Assembly: GCA_036259355.1 (NCBI GenBank)
Contig: DATABY010000046.1
Span: 1,290-65,289, forward strand
From: Nocardioidaceae bacterium
GTDB taxonomy: Bacteria > Actinomycetota > Actinomycetes > Propionibacteriales > Nocardioidaceae
Direction: 5' to 3'
Length of the DNA stretch: 64,000 nucleotides
Shown: one piece after another, positions 28,546 through 38,377 of the stretch
How positions within the stretch are numbered: the stretch's first letter is position 1
Layout: each line of letters opens with the position of its first letter
Position numbers and translations under genes: made by a program
The notes under the pieces: generated by a model
The model's input: the letters and a program-made list of their open reading frames with translations, nothing else
The model's database searches: none
Told to the model about the DNA's origin: nothing

Positions 28546-29855
28546 CAGTTGGCCTCCGCGCTCGGTGTCGGCAGGTCCTTGCCCCTCGGCCGGATCACGT
28601 AAACCAGGCCACCGGACCCTCCCACCCAGGCGTCGGCGAACTGGCCGCGGTCGTAGACCCTACGCACACCGCGGTTTCCCCGGGCCGCCGGGTCGTTGAC
28701 GATCACGTCCCCGCCGGCGGTGAAGCCCCGGATCACCATCAGGTGCCCGGCGGTGGAGGAGATCGGTGCGCCGTCGAGCTCGCCGGCCCCGAACTTCACC
28801 GACGCCGCGAGTGGGATGCCGGACTTGACGAACCGCTCGGCCTCGCGTAGCGAGCGCAGCCGGGTGACGAACGAGCGCATGCCGTACCGGTGTGCGTAGG
28901 CGGTGTTGAAGGCCCAGTTGCCGGCGCCGTCGTACCCGTAGTCGTAGACGAAGCGGGCCGCGTGGTCCACGTCGGCATTGCGGTGGCGGTCACCGACCCA
29001 GGAGTACTCCCGCGGTCGCGGGCCCTCGCCCCAGAAACGCAGCAGCATCGTGGTCGAGGTGGGGCTGCACCACGCCTCGCCACCGTTGCCGAACTGCGGG
29101 TAGTGGCCGCGGTGGATCATCTGTGAGCGGCGGGGCACCTGCAGGTCCCGGGCACGACGCATGGACGTGCGGGTGGTCGGTGGGTCGCCACCGGGCAGCC
29201 GCGACACCATCGCACCGACGCCATGCAGCTGCGGGGTCCTCGCGGTGCCTGCCCGCCGGAACAGCGTCACCCGCAGCTGCCAGCGCGCGAACGTGGCACG
29301 ACCGCGCGTGCGCAGCGTGTCGACGGCCACCTCGGCCACGTCGTCGGCCTGCTCGCCCAGCGTCGTCCGGTGGAAGCGGCGCTCATGCGACGCCCAGTTG
29401 CCCAGCGTGTCCCAGCTCGACCGCCTGCCCTGTGGCGTGCGGCCGCGCATCTGCACGCCGATGAACGTGCCCCGCGGCGTGGTCGCGTTCCACGAGGCGA
29501 CCGCCTCGGTGAGGCGGAAGCCGGGCCGGACCCACGGGGACGTCCACCGGGCGAGGTCGTAGGCGGTGCGGCGGCCGCTCTCGGGGTCGCGGTACGTCGT
29601 CCGTCCCACCGGGCGGCGGATTCGCACACCGGCCCGGCGCACCGCGACACCGGCCCCGTGCCCGGAGCGGAGCTGCGCCCGGGTGGCCCACTCGTCGTAG
29701 GCGATGTGGCGTGCAGGTCGAGCCGGCGCGGCGTGTGCTGCCGCGGCCTGGTCGCCCGCGGCGGTCGTACCGGTGGCCAGCAGGGATGCGGCGGTCATGG
29801 ATGCCACGAAAGTCACGATTAACGTCGGTTTGCGCACGAGACCGAACATATCCAT
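28542..29855 (-). CDS. Secreted peptidase C39-like (papain-fold) domain protein
   Basis: Signal peptide [35 protein letters not shown]-terminal domain has a Cys context [15 protein letters not shown] and a His context [11 protein letters not shown], typical of Peptidase_C39-like domains. The ORF-track extension to 30824 is antisense to cysS. Confidence 0.7.
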   Translation of the reverse strand: MDMFGLVRKPTLIVTFVASMTAASLLATGTTAAGDQAAAAHAAPARPARHIAYDEWATRAQLRSGHGAGVAVRRAGVRIRRPVGRTTYRDPESGRRTAYDLARWTSPWVRPGFRLTEAVASWNATTPRGTFIGVQMRGRTPQGRRSSWDTLGNWASHERRFHRTTLGEQADDVAEVAVDTLRTRGRATFARWQLRVTLFRRAGTARTPQLHGVGAMVSRLPGGDPPTTRTSMRRARDLQVPRRSQMIHRGHYPQFGNGGEAWCSPTSTTMLLRFWGEGPRPREYSWVGDRHRNADVDHAARFVYDYGYDGAGNWAFNTAYAHRYGMRSFVTRLRSLREAERFVKSGIPLAASVKFGAGELDGAPISSTAGHLMVIRGFTAGGDVIVNDPAARGNRGVRRVYDRGQFADAWVGGSGGLVYVIRPRGKDLPTPSAEANW

Positions 29856-29921
29856 TACATACCCCTGCCGACAGGCAAATGCCCAGACCCGAGCGCGACG
29901 CGCGGTCGATACGCTGGCCCG

Positions 29922-31343
29922 GTGACACTGAGGCTCTACGACACCGCGGCCCGGCAGGTCCGTGACTTCGTGCCGCTGGACGGCGACGAGGTCGGGATCT
30001 ACGTGTGCGGGCTCACGGTCCAGTCCGAGCCACACGTGGGCCACATCCGCTCCGGTGTCTGCTTCGACGTCCTGCGCCGCTGGCTGCTGCACCGCGGCTA
30101 CGCCGTCACCTACATCCGCAACGTCACCGACATCGACGACAAGATCCTCGTCAGGTCCCAGGAGGAGTCCCGGGCCTGGTGGGCGCACGCCTACCACTTC
30201 GAACGGCAGATGACCTGGGCCTACGACGTGCTCGGGTGCCTGCCACCGACCTACGAGCCCCGGGCGACCGGGCACATCACCGAGATGGTCGAGCTGGTGG
30301 CGCGGCTCATCGAACGTGGCCACGCCTACGCCGCGACCGACGGGTCCGGTGACGTCTACTTCGACGTCCGTTCGTGGCCGTCGTACGGCGAGCTGTCCGG
30401 GCAGCGTGTCGAGGAGATGCAGGACGCCGCCGACGCCGACCCTCGCGGCAAGCGCGACCCCCGCGACTTCGCCCTGTGGAAGGGCCACAAGGCCGGTGAG
30501 CCCGACACCGCCTCCTGGCCCACGCCGTGGGGCCGTGGCCGCCCCGGTTGGCACCTGGAGTGCTCGGCGATGGCCGGGAAGTACCTCGGCGCGGAGTTCG
30601 ACATCCACGGCGGCGGGATCGACCTGCAGTTCCCCCACCACGAGAACGAGATCGCGCAGGCCCGGGCCGCCGGTCGTCCGTTCGCACACTACTGGCTGCA
30701 CAACGCGTGGATCACCACCTCCGGCGAGAAGATGAGCAAGTCGCTCGGCAACTCGCTCCTGGTGCCGGTGGTGCTGCAGCGGGTGCGGCCGATCGAGCTG
30801 CGCTACTACCTGGTCGCCACGCACTACCGCTCACACGTGGAGTTCTCGTTCGAGGCGCTCGACGAGGTGGCGGCGTCGTTCCGCCGCATCGAGGGCTACG
30901 TCGCCCGCGCCACCGAGGCCACCGGCGGCGTGGACCCCACCGACGCGCCCGGCTGCGCGGACTTCGAGGCCGCGATGGACGACGACCTGAGCACACCGGC
31001 CGCCGTCGCCGCCATCCACGACGTCGTGCACGAGGGCAACCGGCTCCTCGACGCCGGCGACTCGCCGGCACTGCGCGGGAACCTGGCCGCCGTGCGCGCG
31101 ATGCTGGGCGTGCTCGGCGTCGACCCGCTCGACAGCCGGTGGTCACGGTCGGCCGGCCAGGACGGCTCCGCGAGGCTGCACGACGCGCTCGACGTGCTGG
31201 TCAAGACGCTGCTGGAGCAGCGACAGGAGGCCCGCAAGGCGCGCGACTTCGCCACCGCCGACGCCGTCCGTGACCAGCTGCGGGCGGCCGGCATCGACGT
31301 GGAGGACACCCCGTCAGGTCCACGCTGGACCGTGGAAGGCTGA
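29922..31343 (+). CDS. cysS: Cysteine--tRNA ligase
   Basis: HIGH-type motif (PHVGHIRS), KMSKS motif, GWHLECSAM. Confidence 0.92.
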   Translation: MTLRLYDTAARQVRDFVPLDGDEVGIYVCGLTVQSEPHVGHIRSGVCFDVLRRWLLHRGYAVTYIRNVTDIDDKILVRSQEESRAWWAHAYHFERQMTWAYDVLGCLPPTYEPRATGHITEMVELVARLIERGHAYAATDGSGDVYFDVRSWPSYGELSGQRVEEMQDAADADPRGKRDPRDFALWKGHKAGEPDTASWPTPWGRGRPGWHLECSAMAGKYLGAEFDIHGGGIDLQFPHHENEIAQARAAGRPFAHYWLHNAWITTSGEKMSKSLGNSLLVPVVLQRVRPIELRYYLVATHYRSHVEFSFEALDEVAASFRRIEGYVARATEATGGVDPTDAPGCADFEAAMDDDLSTPAAVAAIHDVVHEGNRLLDAGDSPALRGNLAAVRAMLGVLGVDPLDSRWSRSAGQDGSARLHDALDVLVKTLLEQRQEARKARDFATADAVRDQLRAAGIDVEDTPSGPRWTVEG

Positions 31344-31349
31344 CGGCCG

Positions 31350-32324
31350 ATGGCGGGCAACAGCAGGCGCCGCGGCGCGACGAAGAAGACGGGCAAGGGC
31401 AACCCGACTGCGGGCTCCGGCGGCCGTCGCCGTCGCGGGCTGGAGGGCAAGGGCCCGACGCCGAAGGCTCAGGACCGGGTCGGTCACGTCGCGCACAAGC
31501 GCGCCAAGGCCGCCGAGCGGCACGCGGCCAAGAAGCGGCCCCCGCGCTCGGGCCGGTCCGGTCGCGCCGGTAGCGAGTGGGTCGTCGGCCGCCACCCGGT
31601 CGTCGAGGCGCTGCAGGCGGGCGTGCCGGTGAGCACGATGTACGTCGCCGAGGCGGCCGAGCGCGACGCGCGGCTGCGGGAGGCGTTCCGGATTGCGGCC
31701 GACCGTGGCCTGCCGATGCTGGAGGTTCCCCGTGCCGAGCTGGACCGCGTCACCGGAGGCACCGTGCACCAGGGTCTGGCGCTGCAGGTGCCGCCGTACG
31801 ACTACGCCGGTCCGGACGACCTCGTCGAGCACGCGCGCACCTCGGGGGCGGCGCCGCTGCTGGTCGCCCTCGACGGCGTCACCGACCCGCGCAACCTCGG
31901 CGCGGTCGTCCGCTCCGCCGCCGCCTTCGGCGCCCACGGCGTGGTGGTGCCCGAGCGTCGTGCGGCCGGTATGACCGCGAGCGCGTGGAAGACGTCGGCC
32001 GGCGCCGCCGCCCGCCTGCCGGTCGCCCGCGCCGTCAACCTGAGCCGGCAGCTGAAGGCGTACGCCGACGCGGGCCTGGTCATCGCCGGCCTGGCCGCCG
32101 ACGGCGACACGTCGCTCGTGCAGTTCGACCGCGCCGACGAGGGCCTGGTGCTGGTCATCGGCTCCGAGGGCAAGGGCCTCTCACGGCTGGTCCGAGAGCA
32201 CTGCGACCTGCTGGTGGGCATTCCCATGACGCACTCCTCCGAGTCGCTCAACGCCGGGGTCGCGGCCGGCGTCGCGCTGTACGAGATCGCCCGCCGCCGC
32301 GACGCCGGTGCCGACCTACGATGA
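31350..32324 (+). CDS. rlmB: 23S rRNA (guanosine-2'-O)-methyltransferase, SpoU/TrmH family (RlmB-like)
   Basis: Basic N-terminal tail, SpoU motifs [27 protein letters not shown] and [19 protein letters not shown]. Located downstream of cysS. Confidence 0.88.
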   Translation: MAGNSRRRGATKKTGKGNPTAGSGGRRRRGLEGKGPTPKAQDRVGHVAHKRAKAAERHAAKKRPPRSGRSGRAGSEWVVGRHPVVEALQAGVPVSTMYVAEAAERDARLREAFRIAADRGLPMLEVPRAELDRVTGGTVHQGLALQVPPYDYAGPDDLVEHARTSGAAPLLVALDGVTDPRNLGAVVRSAAAFGAHGVVVPERRAAGMTASAWKTSAGAAARLPVARAVNLSRQLKAYADAGLVIAGLAADGDTSLVQFDRADEGLVLVIGSEGKGLSRLVREHCDLLVGIPMTHSSESLNAGVAAGVALYEIARRRDAGADLR

Positions 32325-33487
32325 CAGGCATGAACGTCGAGCGACTGCTGCCCACCGAGGAGGCCGGCGACCTGTTGGCCCTGACCCGGCAGATCTGCGC
32401 CGACAAGCTCGCCCCGCGAGCCGCCGCCGACGAGGAGTCGGAGACCTTCCCGCGCGACGTGTTCCGGCTGCTCGGCGAGGCCGGCCTGCTGTCGCTGGCG
32501 TTCCCGGAGGAGTACGGCGGAGGGGCCCAGCCGTACGAGGTCTACCTGCAGGCGCTGGAGGAGGTCGCCCGGGCGTGGATGTCGGTCGGCGTGGGCGTGT
32601 CCGTGCACTCGCTTGCGTCGTCCGCCGTCCTGAACCACGGCTCGGCGGAGCAGCGCGATGCCCTGCTGCCGGACATGCTCGGCGGCGCCCAGCTCGGCGC
32701 GTACTGCCTGTCCGAGCCGCAGGCGGGCTCCGACGTCTCCGCCATCAGAACCCGCGCCGTGCGCGACGGCGACGACTACGTCGTGAACGGCGTGAAGGCC
32801 TGGATCTCACACGGCGGGCAGGCCGACTTCTACCTGCTGTTCGCGCGTACGTCGGACGACCCCCGGCGAGGGCTCTCGGCCTTCCACGTGCCGACCGGCC
32901 TGGAAGGGCTGTCGTTCGGCGTCCCGGAGAAGAAGATGGGGCTGACCGGCTCCTCGACCACCCAGGTGATCCTCGAGGACGTCCGCCTGGCGGCATCCCG
33001 GCTGGTCGGTGCGGAGGGCGACGGGATGAAGGTCGCGCTGTCCGCGCTCGACTCCGGCCGGCTCGGCATCGCCGCGTGCGCGGTCGGTCTCGGCCAGGCG
33101 GCGCTGGACGAGGCCGTGCGCTACGCGGCGCAGCGCCAGCAGTTCGGGCGCCCCATCGCCGACTTCCAGGGTGTGCAGTTCCTGCTCGCCGACATGGGGG
33201 CCGCGGTGGAGAGCGCCCGCGCGACGTATCTGCACGCGGCCCGGCTGCGTGACGCCGGACGCCGCTTCTCGCGGCAGGCGTCGGTCGCCAAGCTGGTCGC
33301 GACCGACGCGGCGATGAGGGTCACCACCGACGCGGTACAGGTGCTCGGCGGCTACGGCTACACCCGCGACTTCCCGGTGGAGCGCTACATGCGTGAGGCC
33401 AAGGTGACGCAGATCTTCGAGGGGACCAACCAGATCCAGCGGATGGTGATCGCGCGTGAGCTGCTGCGCGCGGTCACCACTCCCTAG
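32321..33487 (+). CDS. Acyl-CoA dehydrogenase
   Basis: [19 protein letters not shown] and [10 protein letters not shown] motifs. ATGA overlap with the rlmB stop. Confidence 0.88.
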   Translation: MTGMNVERLLPTEEAGDLLALTRQICADKLAPRAAADEESETFPRDVFRLLGEAGLLSLAFPEEYGGGAQPYEVYLQALEEVARAWMSVGVGVSVHSLASSAVLNHGSAEQRDALLPDMLGGAQLGAYCLSEPQAGSDVSAIRTRAVRDGDDYVVNGVKAWISHGGQADFYLLFARTSDDPRRGLSAFHVPTGLEGLSFGVPEKKMGLTGSSTTQVILEDVRLAASRLVGAEGDGMKVALSALDSGRLGIAACAVGLGQAALDEAVRYAAQRQQFGRPIADFQGVQFLLADMGAAVESARATYLHAARLRDAGRRFSRQASVAKLVATDAAMRVTTDAVQVLGGYGYTRDFPVERYMREAKVTQIFEGTNQIQRMVIARELLRAVTTP

Positions 33488-33594
33488 GTCCACCGGGCAG
33501 CGCTCTGCCCCTGTGGGCAGCCGCGCTCCGCGGAACGCAGTCATCCACAGCATGGGACGGGCGCTCGTCACGCCCGATGTCCTGGCCTGGTGTC

Positions 33595-35727
33595 CTAGGC
33601 CGGCATCCCGAGCGAGCTCTTGAGGAAGTCGACCTGCAGCAGCAGGAGGTTCTCGGCGATCTCCTCCTGCGGGGTCATGTGCGTGACCCCCGACAACGGC
33701 AGCACCTGATGCGACCGCCCCGCCGCGAGCAGCGCCGCGGACAGCCGGAGGCTGTGCGCGACCACCACGTTGTCGTCGGCCAGGCCATGGATGATCAGCA
33801 TCGGCCGCACGGTGTCGGCCGCCTCCGACAGGCCGTCGTCGGTGACCAGGGAGTTGCGGGCGTAGACCTCGGGCTGCTCGGCGGGATGGTCGAGATAGCG
33901 CTCCTGGTAGTGGGTGTCGTACAGCCGCAGGTCGGACACCGGTGCTCCGGCGACCGCGGCGTGGAAGACGTCGGGCCGCCGGAGCACTGCGAGCGCGGCG
34001 AGGTAGCCGCCGAACGACCACCCGCGGACGGCGACCCGGTCGAGGTCGAGCGGATAGCGCTGCGCGAGCGCCTGCAGCGCGTCGACCTGGTCCTCGAGGG
34101 CGACACCGGCGACGTCGTTGCGCATGGCCTTCTCCCAGCCGGGGGTGCGACCCGGCGTGCCCCGGCCGTCGGCCACGACGACCGCGAAGCCGTGGTCGGC
34201 GAACCACTGCGAGGTCAGATGCGCGTTCTGTGCCTGTGTGACGCGCTGGACGTGCGGCCCGCCGTACGGGTCCATCAGCACCGGCAGCGGTCCGTCGCCG
34301 GGTGCGTGCCCCGAGGGGAGCAGCACGGCGCAGGGGATGCGACGGCTGCCCGCGAGCATCAGCTCCGGGCGGGCGGTGATGACGGGATGCTCGGCGGACG
34401 AGGCGATCTCGGCTACCCGCTCGCCGTCGCGGAACACCCGCACCCGCGTGCCGCTGTGTTCCAGCACGGCCGTGGACAGCACCGTCACGGCGCCGGACCG
34501 CACTGCGCCGTGGATGCCGGGAACGTCGGAGACGCGCTCCACTCGGTGCCCGTCGGCCCGGTAGACGTGGACCTCCCCGATCTCCGCGGACTCGGCGGCC
34601 TCGCCCGCCGAGGCACTGAACAGGACCGACCGGTCGTCCACGTCGAGCACTCCACGCACGTGCAGGGAGGGGCCGGTGAGCACACGGCCGTCCACGACCA
34701 GGACGCGCGAGTCGTCGCGGTCCTCGACGTGCACCAGCCGTCCGTCGGGTGTCAGCGCCGGGACACCGTCGAGCAGGTGCAGCCACGCGGCGTCGTGCTC
34801 CTCGCGCAACGTGCTCGTGGCGCCCGTGGCCGGGTCGACCGCCAGCACCAGTGCCGTGCGCTGGTCGCGTGCCTGGACGTGGATGACCGGGTGATGGCCT
34901 GCCGTCCAGCACACGTCGGCCAGGTACGGGTACTCGGTCCGGTCCCACGTCACGTCCACCCGCGAGCCGTCGAGACCGAGCAGGGAGAGCCCGACGTCGG
35001 CGTTGGGCGTGCCCGCGGCGGGATAGCGCACCGGTGTCGGAGCGCTTCCCGGGTTGGCCGGGTCGGCGATCCACCAGCGCTGGACCGCTGAACCGTCCAC
35101 CCGTGCGACGAGGAGGCGGTCGCCGTCCGGTGACCACCAGAACCCACGGGACCGGTCCATCTCCTCGGCGGCGACGAACTCCGCGAGTCCCCAGGTCACG
35201 TCGTCGTGCTCCGGCTCGGCCAGCACGACGTCTGCGGACCCGTCGGCGGACGCGACGCGCAGACCCCCGTGGTGGACGTAGGCCACGTGGCTACCCGACG
35301 GTGATGGACGCGGGTCGAAGACCGGCGACGCCGCACCGAGCTCGCGGGCGGACCCTCCGGCCAGGTCCACCACGAACAGACGTCCCGACAGCGCCAGCGT
35401 TGCCGTCTCCACCGCCCGGTCGGTGGCGTAGCCGACGATGCCGCCCGCGCCCTCCCGGCTGCGCTCACGCCGCGCCCGCTCCGCCGGCGACAGCTCCTCC
35501 GGGGCCCCGCCGAGCAGCGCCTCGGGATCGGCGACCACGCGTTCCCGGGGCGCGGCCGGACCGTCGAGGTCCAGCACCCAGAGCCGGTTCGCGCGGTCGG
35601 TGCCGGACCTGGACCGAAGGAAGGCGATGCGTGACCCGTCGGGCGCGACGGTGAACGAGCGCGGCGCGCCGAGCGTGAACCGCAGGGTGCGCGCGTGCTG
35701 GCGGGGGAACGACCTCTCCGCGGTCAC
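33595..35727 (-). CDS. S9 family serine peptidase (prolyl oligopeptidase / dipeptidyl aminopeptidase-like)
   Basis: N-terminal beta-propeller region (repeated DG... blades). Catalytic GWSFGGY, later HGLADDNV and GVTHM. GTG 35727 overlaps the stop of the upstream gene (GTGA). Confidence 0.85.
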   Translation of the reverse strand: MTAERSFPRQHARTLRFTLGAPRSFTVAPDGSRIAFLRSRSGTDRANRLWVLDLDGPAAPRERVVADPEALLGGAPEELSPAERARRERSREGAGGIVGYATDRAVETATLALSGRLFVVDLAGGSARELGAASPVFDPRPSPSGSHVAYVHHGGLRVASADGSADVVLAEPEHDDVTWGLAEFVAAEEMDRSRGFWWSPDGDRLLVARVDGSAVQRWWIADPANPGSAPTPVRYPAAGTPNADVGLSLLGLDGSRVDVTWDRTEYPYLADVCWTAGHHPVIHVQARDQRTALVLAVDPATGATSTLREEHDAAWLHLLDGVPALTPDGRLVHVEDRDDSRVLVVDGRVLTGPSLHVRGVLDVDDRSVLFSASAGEAAESAEIGEVHVYRADGHRVERVSDVPGIHGAVRSGAVTVLSTAVLEHSGTRVRVFRDGERVAEIASSAEHPVITARPELMLAGSRRIPCAVLLPSGHAPGDGPLPVLMDPYGGPHVQRVTQAQNAHLTSQWFADHGFAVVVADGRGTPGRTPGWEKAMRNDVAGVALEDQVDALQALAQRYPLDLDRVAVRGWSFGGYLAALAVLRRPDVFHAAVAGAPVSDLRLYDTHYQERYLDHPAEQPEVYARNSLVTDDGLSEAADTVRPMLIIHGLADDNVVVAHSLRLSAALLAAGRSHQVLPLSGVTHMTPQEEIAENLLLLQVDFLKSSLGMPA

Positions 35728-36956
35728 AGCAACAGATCCGCCTCGTCGGGCGGCGGCGGGGGCGTGACCTCGGTGTCGGGCTTCTGGGTCAGGACCTGGT
35801 CCACGTAGTCCGTGGCCGCCTCGAACAGGTCGATCTCCTCCTCGGAGTGCTCGTTGAGGTACCAGCGGTGCTCGAGGATCTCGTGGAAGACCTCGGCCGG
35901 CTCCAGCTTGCCGCGCAGCTCCGGGCGCACCAGCCGGACGATCGGCTCGAACACCGAGGTCAACCACTTGTGCGCTATCACGGTCTCGTCCTCCTGCTGC
36001 AGCCCGTGCGCGGCGGCGAAGGCGTCGAGGTCGTTGAGCAGCCGCTGAGCCTGGTTCTCCTCGACGGCCAGTCCGGTGAGCGCCTGCAGCCGCCGGGAGT
36101 GGTGGCCCGGATCGACGACCTTGGGCTGGATCCGCACGGTGGCGCCGTCCCAGTCGGTGACGATGTCGAGCTCGTCGATGTCGAAGCCCATCTGGTTCAG
36201 CCGCCGGATGCGCTGCTCGATGCGCCACATCTCCCCGGTGGTGAACTCCTCGGGCCCGGTGAGCTCCTCCCACAGCGCGTCGTACCGCGCCCGCAGCAGC
36301 TCCGCGATCTCGCCGGCGTCGACGGACTCGTCGAGGTAGCCGCCGGCCTGCAGGTCGAGGATCTCCGCGAACACGTTCGACGTGCCGATCTCCAGGTCGT
36401 GGGCGCGCTGGCCGTCCGACAGGGTCTCGTGCAGCTCCCCGGTCTCGGCGTCGACGAGGTATGCCGCGAACGCGCCGGCGCTGGGCCGGAACAACGTGTT
36501 CGACAGCGAGCAGTCCCCCCAGTAGAAGCCCGCCAGGTGCAGCCGGTTGAGCAGCACGACGAGCGCGTCGACCAGCCGCACCATCGAGGCCGTCGGCAGC
36601 TCCTGGGCGAACATCGCCCGGTAGGGCATCGAGAACGTGAGGTGCCGGGTGACCAGGGCCGGCTGGATCGGCTCGCCGTCGGTGTCGACCCGTCCGGTGA
36701 CCACACCCACCGGCTCGACTGCCGGCTCCGCCAGGCGACGCAGGTCGCGCAGGGTCCGGTACTCGCGCAGGGCGATCGGCTCCGGGGTCTCCTTGAGCGC
36801 GTACACGCTGTCCGCCAGCTGCACGAACCTCACGACGTGGCGGGAGATGCCGCGGGGCAGCGGCACCAGATGCTCGTCCCAGTCCTCGAGGCACAGGTGC
36901 CACGGCAGGGTCAGCAACGCCGGGTCGGGCCGCGTCGCGACGATCTGCAGGGCCAT
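35724..36956 (-). CDS. DUF4032-type protein with protein-kinase-like (RIO/Kdo-kinase-like) N-terminal domain
   Basis: 410 aa. Catalytic-loop-like LHLAGFYWGDCSLSNTLF and YLVDAETGE, then a long helical C-terminal domain. Family name recalled from memory. Confidence 0.7.
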   Translation of the reverse strand: MALQIVATRPDPALLTLPWHLCLEDWDEHLVPLPRGISRHVVRFVQLADSVYALKETPEPIALREYRTLRDLRRLAEPAVEPVGVVTGRVDTDGEPIQPALVTRHLTFSMPYRAMFAQELPTASMVRLVDALVVLLNRLHLAGFYWGDCSLSNTLFRPSAGAFAAYLVDAETGELHETLSDGQRAHDLEIGTSNVFAEILDLQAGGYLDESVDAGEIAELLRARYDALWEELTGPEEFTTGEMWRIEQRIRRLNQMGFDIDELDIVTDWDGATVRIQPKVVDPGHHSRRLQALTGLAVEENQAQRLLNDLDAFAAAHGLQQEDETVIAHKWLTSVFEPIVRLVRPELRGKLEPAEVFHEILEHRWYLNEHSEEEIDLFEAATDYVDQVLTQKPDTEVTPPPPPDEADLLL

Positions 36957-36966
36957 GGGCCGCAGC

Positions 36967-37449
36967 CTAGTGCGGCGGTGACTCTCCGTCGCGCAGGTAG
37001 ACGGCGCCCGGTCCGCGCGCGGCGACGACGTCGTCGGGGTTGGAGAGCGCGCAGCGGCGCAGCGACAGGCACCCGCAGCCGATGCAACCGGTCAGCTTGG
37101 TCTTCAGCCGTTCCAGCTCGCGGATCTGCGCGTCCAACCGGTCCTGCCAGTGCCGCGACAGCCGCGCCCAGTCCGCCCGCGTCGGTGTGCGGTTGTCGGG
37201 CAGGGTGCTCAACGCCTCGCGGATCTCGTCGATGCTCAGACCGACGCGCTGCGCGGCGCGGACGAACGCCACCCGACGCAGCTGGCTGCGCGCATAGCGG
37301 CGCTGGTTGCCCGTCGTACGTTCGGACCGGATGAGCCCGCGCTGCTCGTAGAAGCGCAGGGCGGAGGGGGCGACGCCGGCGCGGGCGGCCAGCTCGCCGA
37401 TCGTGAGGTGGTCGGCCAGCCTGGCCATCCGCTCACCCCCTCCGGTCAA
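36967..37449 (-). CDS. soxR: Redox-sensitive MerR-family activator SoxR
   Basis: MerR HTH (LTIGELAARAGVAPSALRFYE) and the [2Fe-2S] motif CIGCGCLSLRRCALSNP. ATG 37428 is an alternative start. Confidence 0.85.
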   Translation of the reverse strand: MTGGGERMARLADHLTIGELAARAGVAPSALRFYEQRGLIRSERTTGNQRRYARSQLRRVAFVRAAQRVGLSIDEIREALSTLPDNRTPTRADWARLSRHWQDRLDAQIRELERLKTKLTGCIGCGCLSLRRCALSNPDDVVAARGPGAVYLRDGESPPH

Positions 37450-37463
37450 CCGGCAGACATACA

Positions 37464-37503
37464 GTCAGGCGCCCGCGACACCATGATGTCGCAAGCGCCT
37501 GAC
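37464..37503 (-). terminator. Strong hairpin downstream of csbD (9 + 6 bp stems with a 2x2 internal loop)
   Basis: GTCAGGCGC-CC-GCGACA-CCATGA-TGTCGC-AA-GCGCCTGAC, located between the csbD stop and the soxR start. Confidence 0.5.
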
Positions 37504-37522
37504 CGCGGTGTGGGTGCGGGTG

Positions 37523-37696
37523 CTACTTCTTGAAGGCGTCCTTCACCTTCTCGGCGGCCTGCTTGAGGTTGGCCTTCGACTCCTCAGCGCGGCCCTCGTT
37601 GGCCACGTCCTCGTTGCCGGTGGCCTCGCCGGCCTCCCGCTTGCCCTTGGCGTAGGCCTCCTCGGCCTTGTTCTGGGTCTTGTCGTCGGTACCCAT
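37523..37696 (-). CDS. CsbD-family stress-response protein
   Basis: 57-aa MGTDDKTQNKAEEAYAKGKREAGEATGNEDVANEGRAEESKANLKQAAEKVKDAFKK. The longer ORF to 37927 was rejected. Confidence 0.8.
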   Translation of the reverse strand: MGTDDKTQNKAEEAYAKGKREAGEATGNEDVANEGRAEESKANLKQAAEKVKDAFKK

Positions 37697-37785
37697 CGGG
37701 GCGCTCACCTCGCTCGCATCGGGTGCTTCCGTACTCTCGGTACGTACCCGGGCCGTGGCCCTGGAAACGGCGACCCGCCCTGTGG

Positions 37786-37799
37786 TAGAACGTGTTCTA
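37786..37799. promoter_or_regulatory. KstR-type operator TAGAACGTGTTCTA
   Basis: Perfect TAGAAC/GTTCTA inverted repeat with a 2-nt spacer, intergenic, 16 bp upstream of ATG 37815. Matches the TnnAACnnGTTnnA KstR consensus. Confidence 0.7.
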
Positions 37800-37814
37800 G
37801 GTCTCGGAGGTGCC

Positions 37815-38348
37815 ATGGTCGACGTCCACGGTGAAGGCGCAGTGCGTCGTCGCGGCACTGCGGATCCGCGCCGAGCAAGCCGGATGAGCGAGAGCGAGGC
37901 GTGGGGGCTCGTCGCCGCGCAGCGCAAGCTTCAGGTCGCCACGGTCGGTCCCGACGGCTGGCCGCACCTGGTGACGATGTTCCACACCATCCTGGCCGGC
38001 CGCCTGGTGTTCTGGACATATGCCAGGTCCCAGAAGATTTCCAATCTCGCGCGTGACCCGCGACTGACGTGCCTCGTTGAGGCGGGTGAGGAGTACGCAG
38101 AGCTCCGTGGGGTCCAGATCGTCGGGACGGCACGGATCATGCGCGCACGCGAGGACATCGCCCCGGTCGGCCGCGCCGTCGTATGCCGCATGCTCGGGCT
38201 GGACCCGGCAGACGAGCTGGACCCCGCGATCGCCAAAGAGGTGGCCAGGCAGGCGGAGAAGCGGGTCGCCGTCGAGGTGGTGCCCCAGCGGCTGGCGAGC
38301 TGGGACCACCGCAAGCTGACCGACCGCCACAAGAGGGCGACGTCCTAG
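37815..38348 (+). CDS. Pyridoxamine-5'-phosphate-oxidase-fold (PPOX / F420- or FMN-dependent) oxidoreductase
   Basis: LQVATVGPDGWPHLVTM and ELRGVQIVGTA are typical of the split-barrel family. GGAGG lies 4 nt before ATG 37815. ATG 37884 is an alternative start. Confidence 0.72.
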   Translation: MVDVHGEGAVRRRGTADPRRASRMSESEAWGLVAAQRKLQVATVGPDGWPHLVTMFHTILAGRLVFWTYARSQKISNLARDPRLTCLVEAGEEYAELRGVQIVGTARIMRAREDIAPVGRAVVCRMLGLDPADELDPAIAKEVARQAEKRVAVEVVPQRLASWDHRKLTDRHKRATS

Positions 38349-38377
38349 CGCTCTCGCCTGAGCCATGGGAGGAACGG

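Noticed and set aside
28542-30824. 760-aa ORF on the minus strand
   Set aside because: Only the part downstream of ATG 29855 has a signal peptide and recognisable domains. The upstream two-thirds runs antisense to the well-supported cysS gene and is Arg/Gly/Pro-rich, the typical high-GC shadow-ORF composition.
33495-33520. Overlapping short hairpins GGGCAG-CGCT-CTGCCC-CTGT-GGGCAG after the acyl-CoA dehydrogenase gene, considered as a bidirectional terminator
   Set aside because: The stems are only 6 bp and mutually exclusive, with no U-tract. This is too weak to annotate as a feature.
36367-36380. KstR-like palindrome GCGAACACGTTCGA (arms CGAAC/GTTCG)
   Set aside because: It lies inside the DUF4032 coding region, far from any promoter. 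It lacks the TAG/CTA flanks of the best intergenic sites. It is probably a chance occurrence, although weak KstR binding cannot be excluded without an assay.
33595-36903. 1102-aa ORF on the minus strand
   Set aside because: Upstream of GTG 35727 it overlaps, out of frame, the convincing DUF4032 gene, and its composition is Arg/Pro/Gly-rich. It was truncated to the S9 peptidase (33595-35727).
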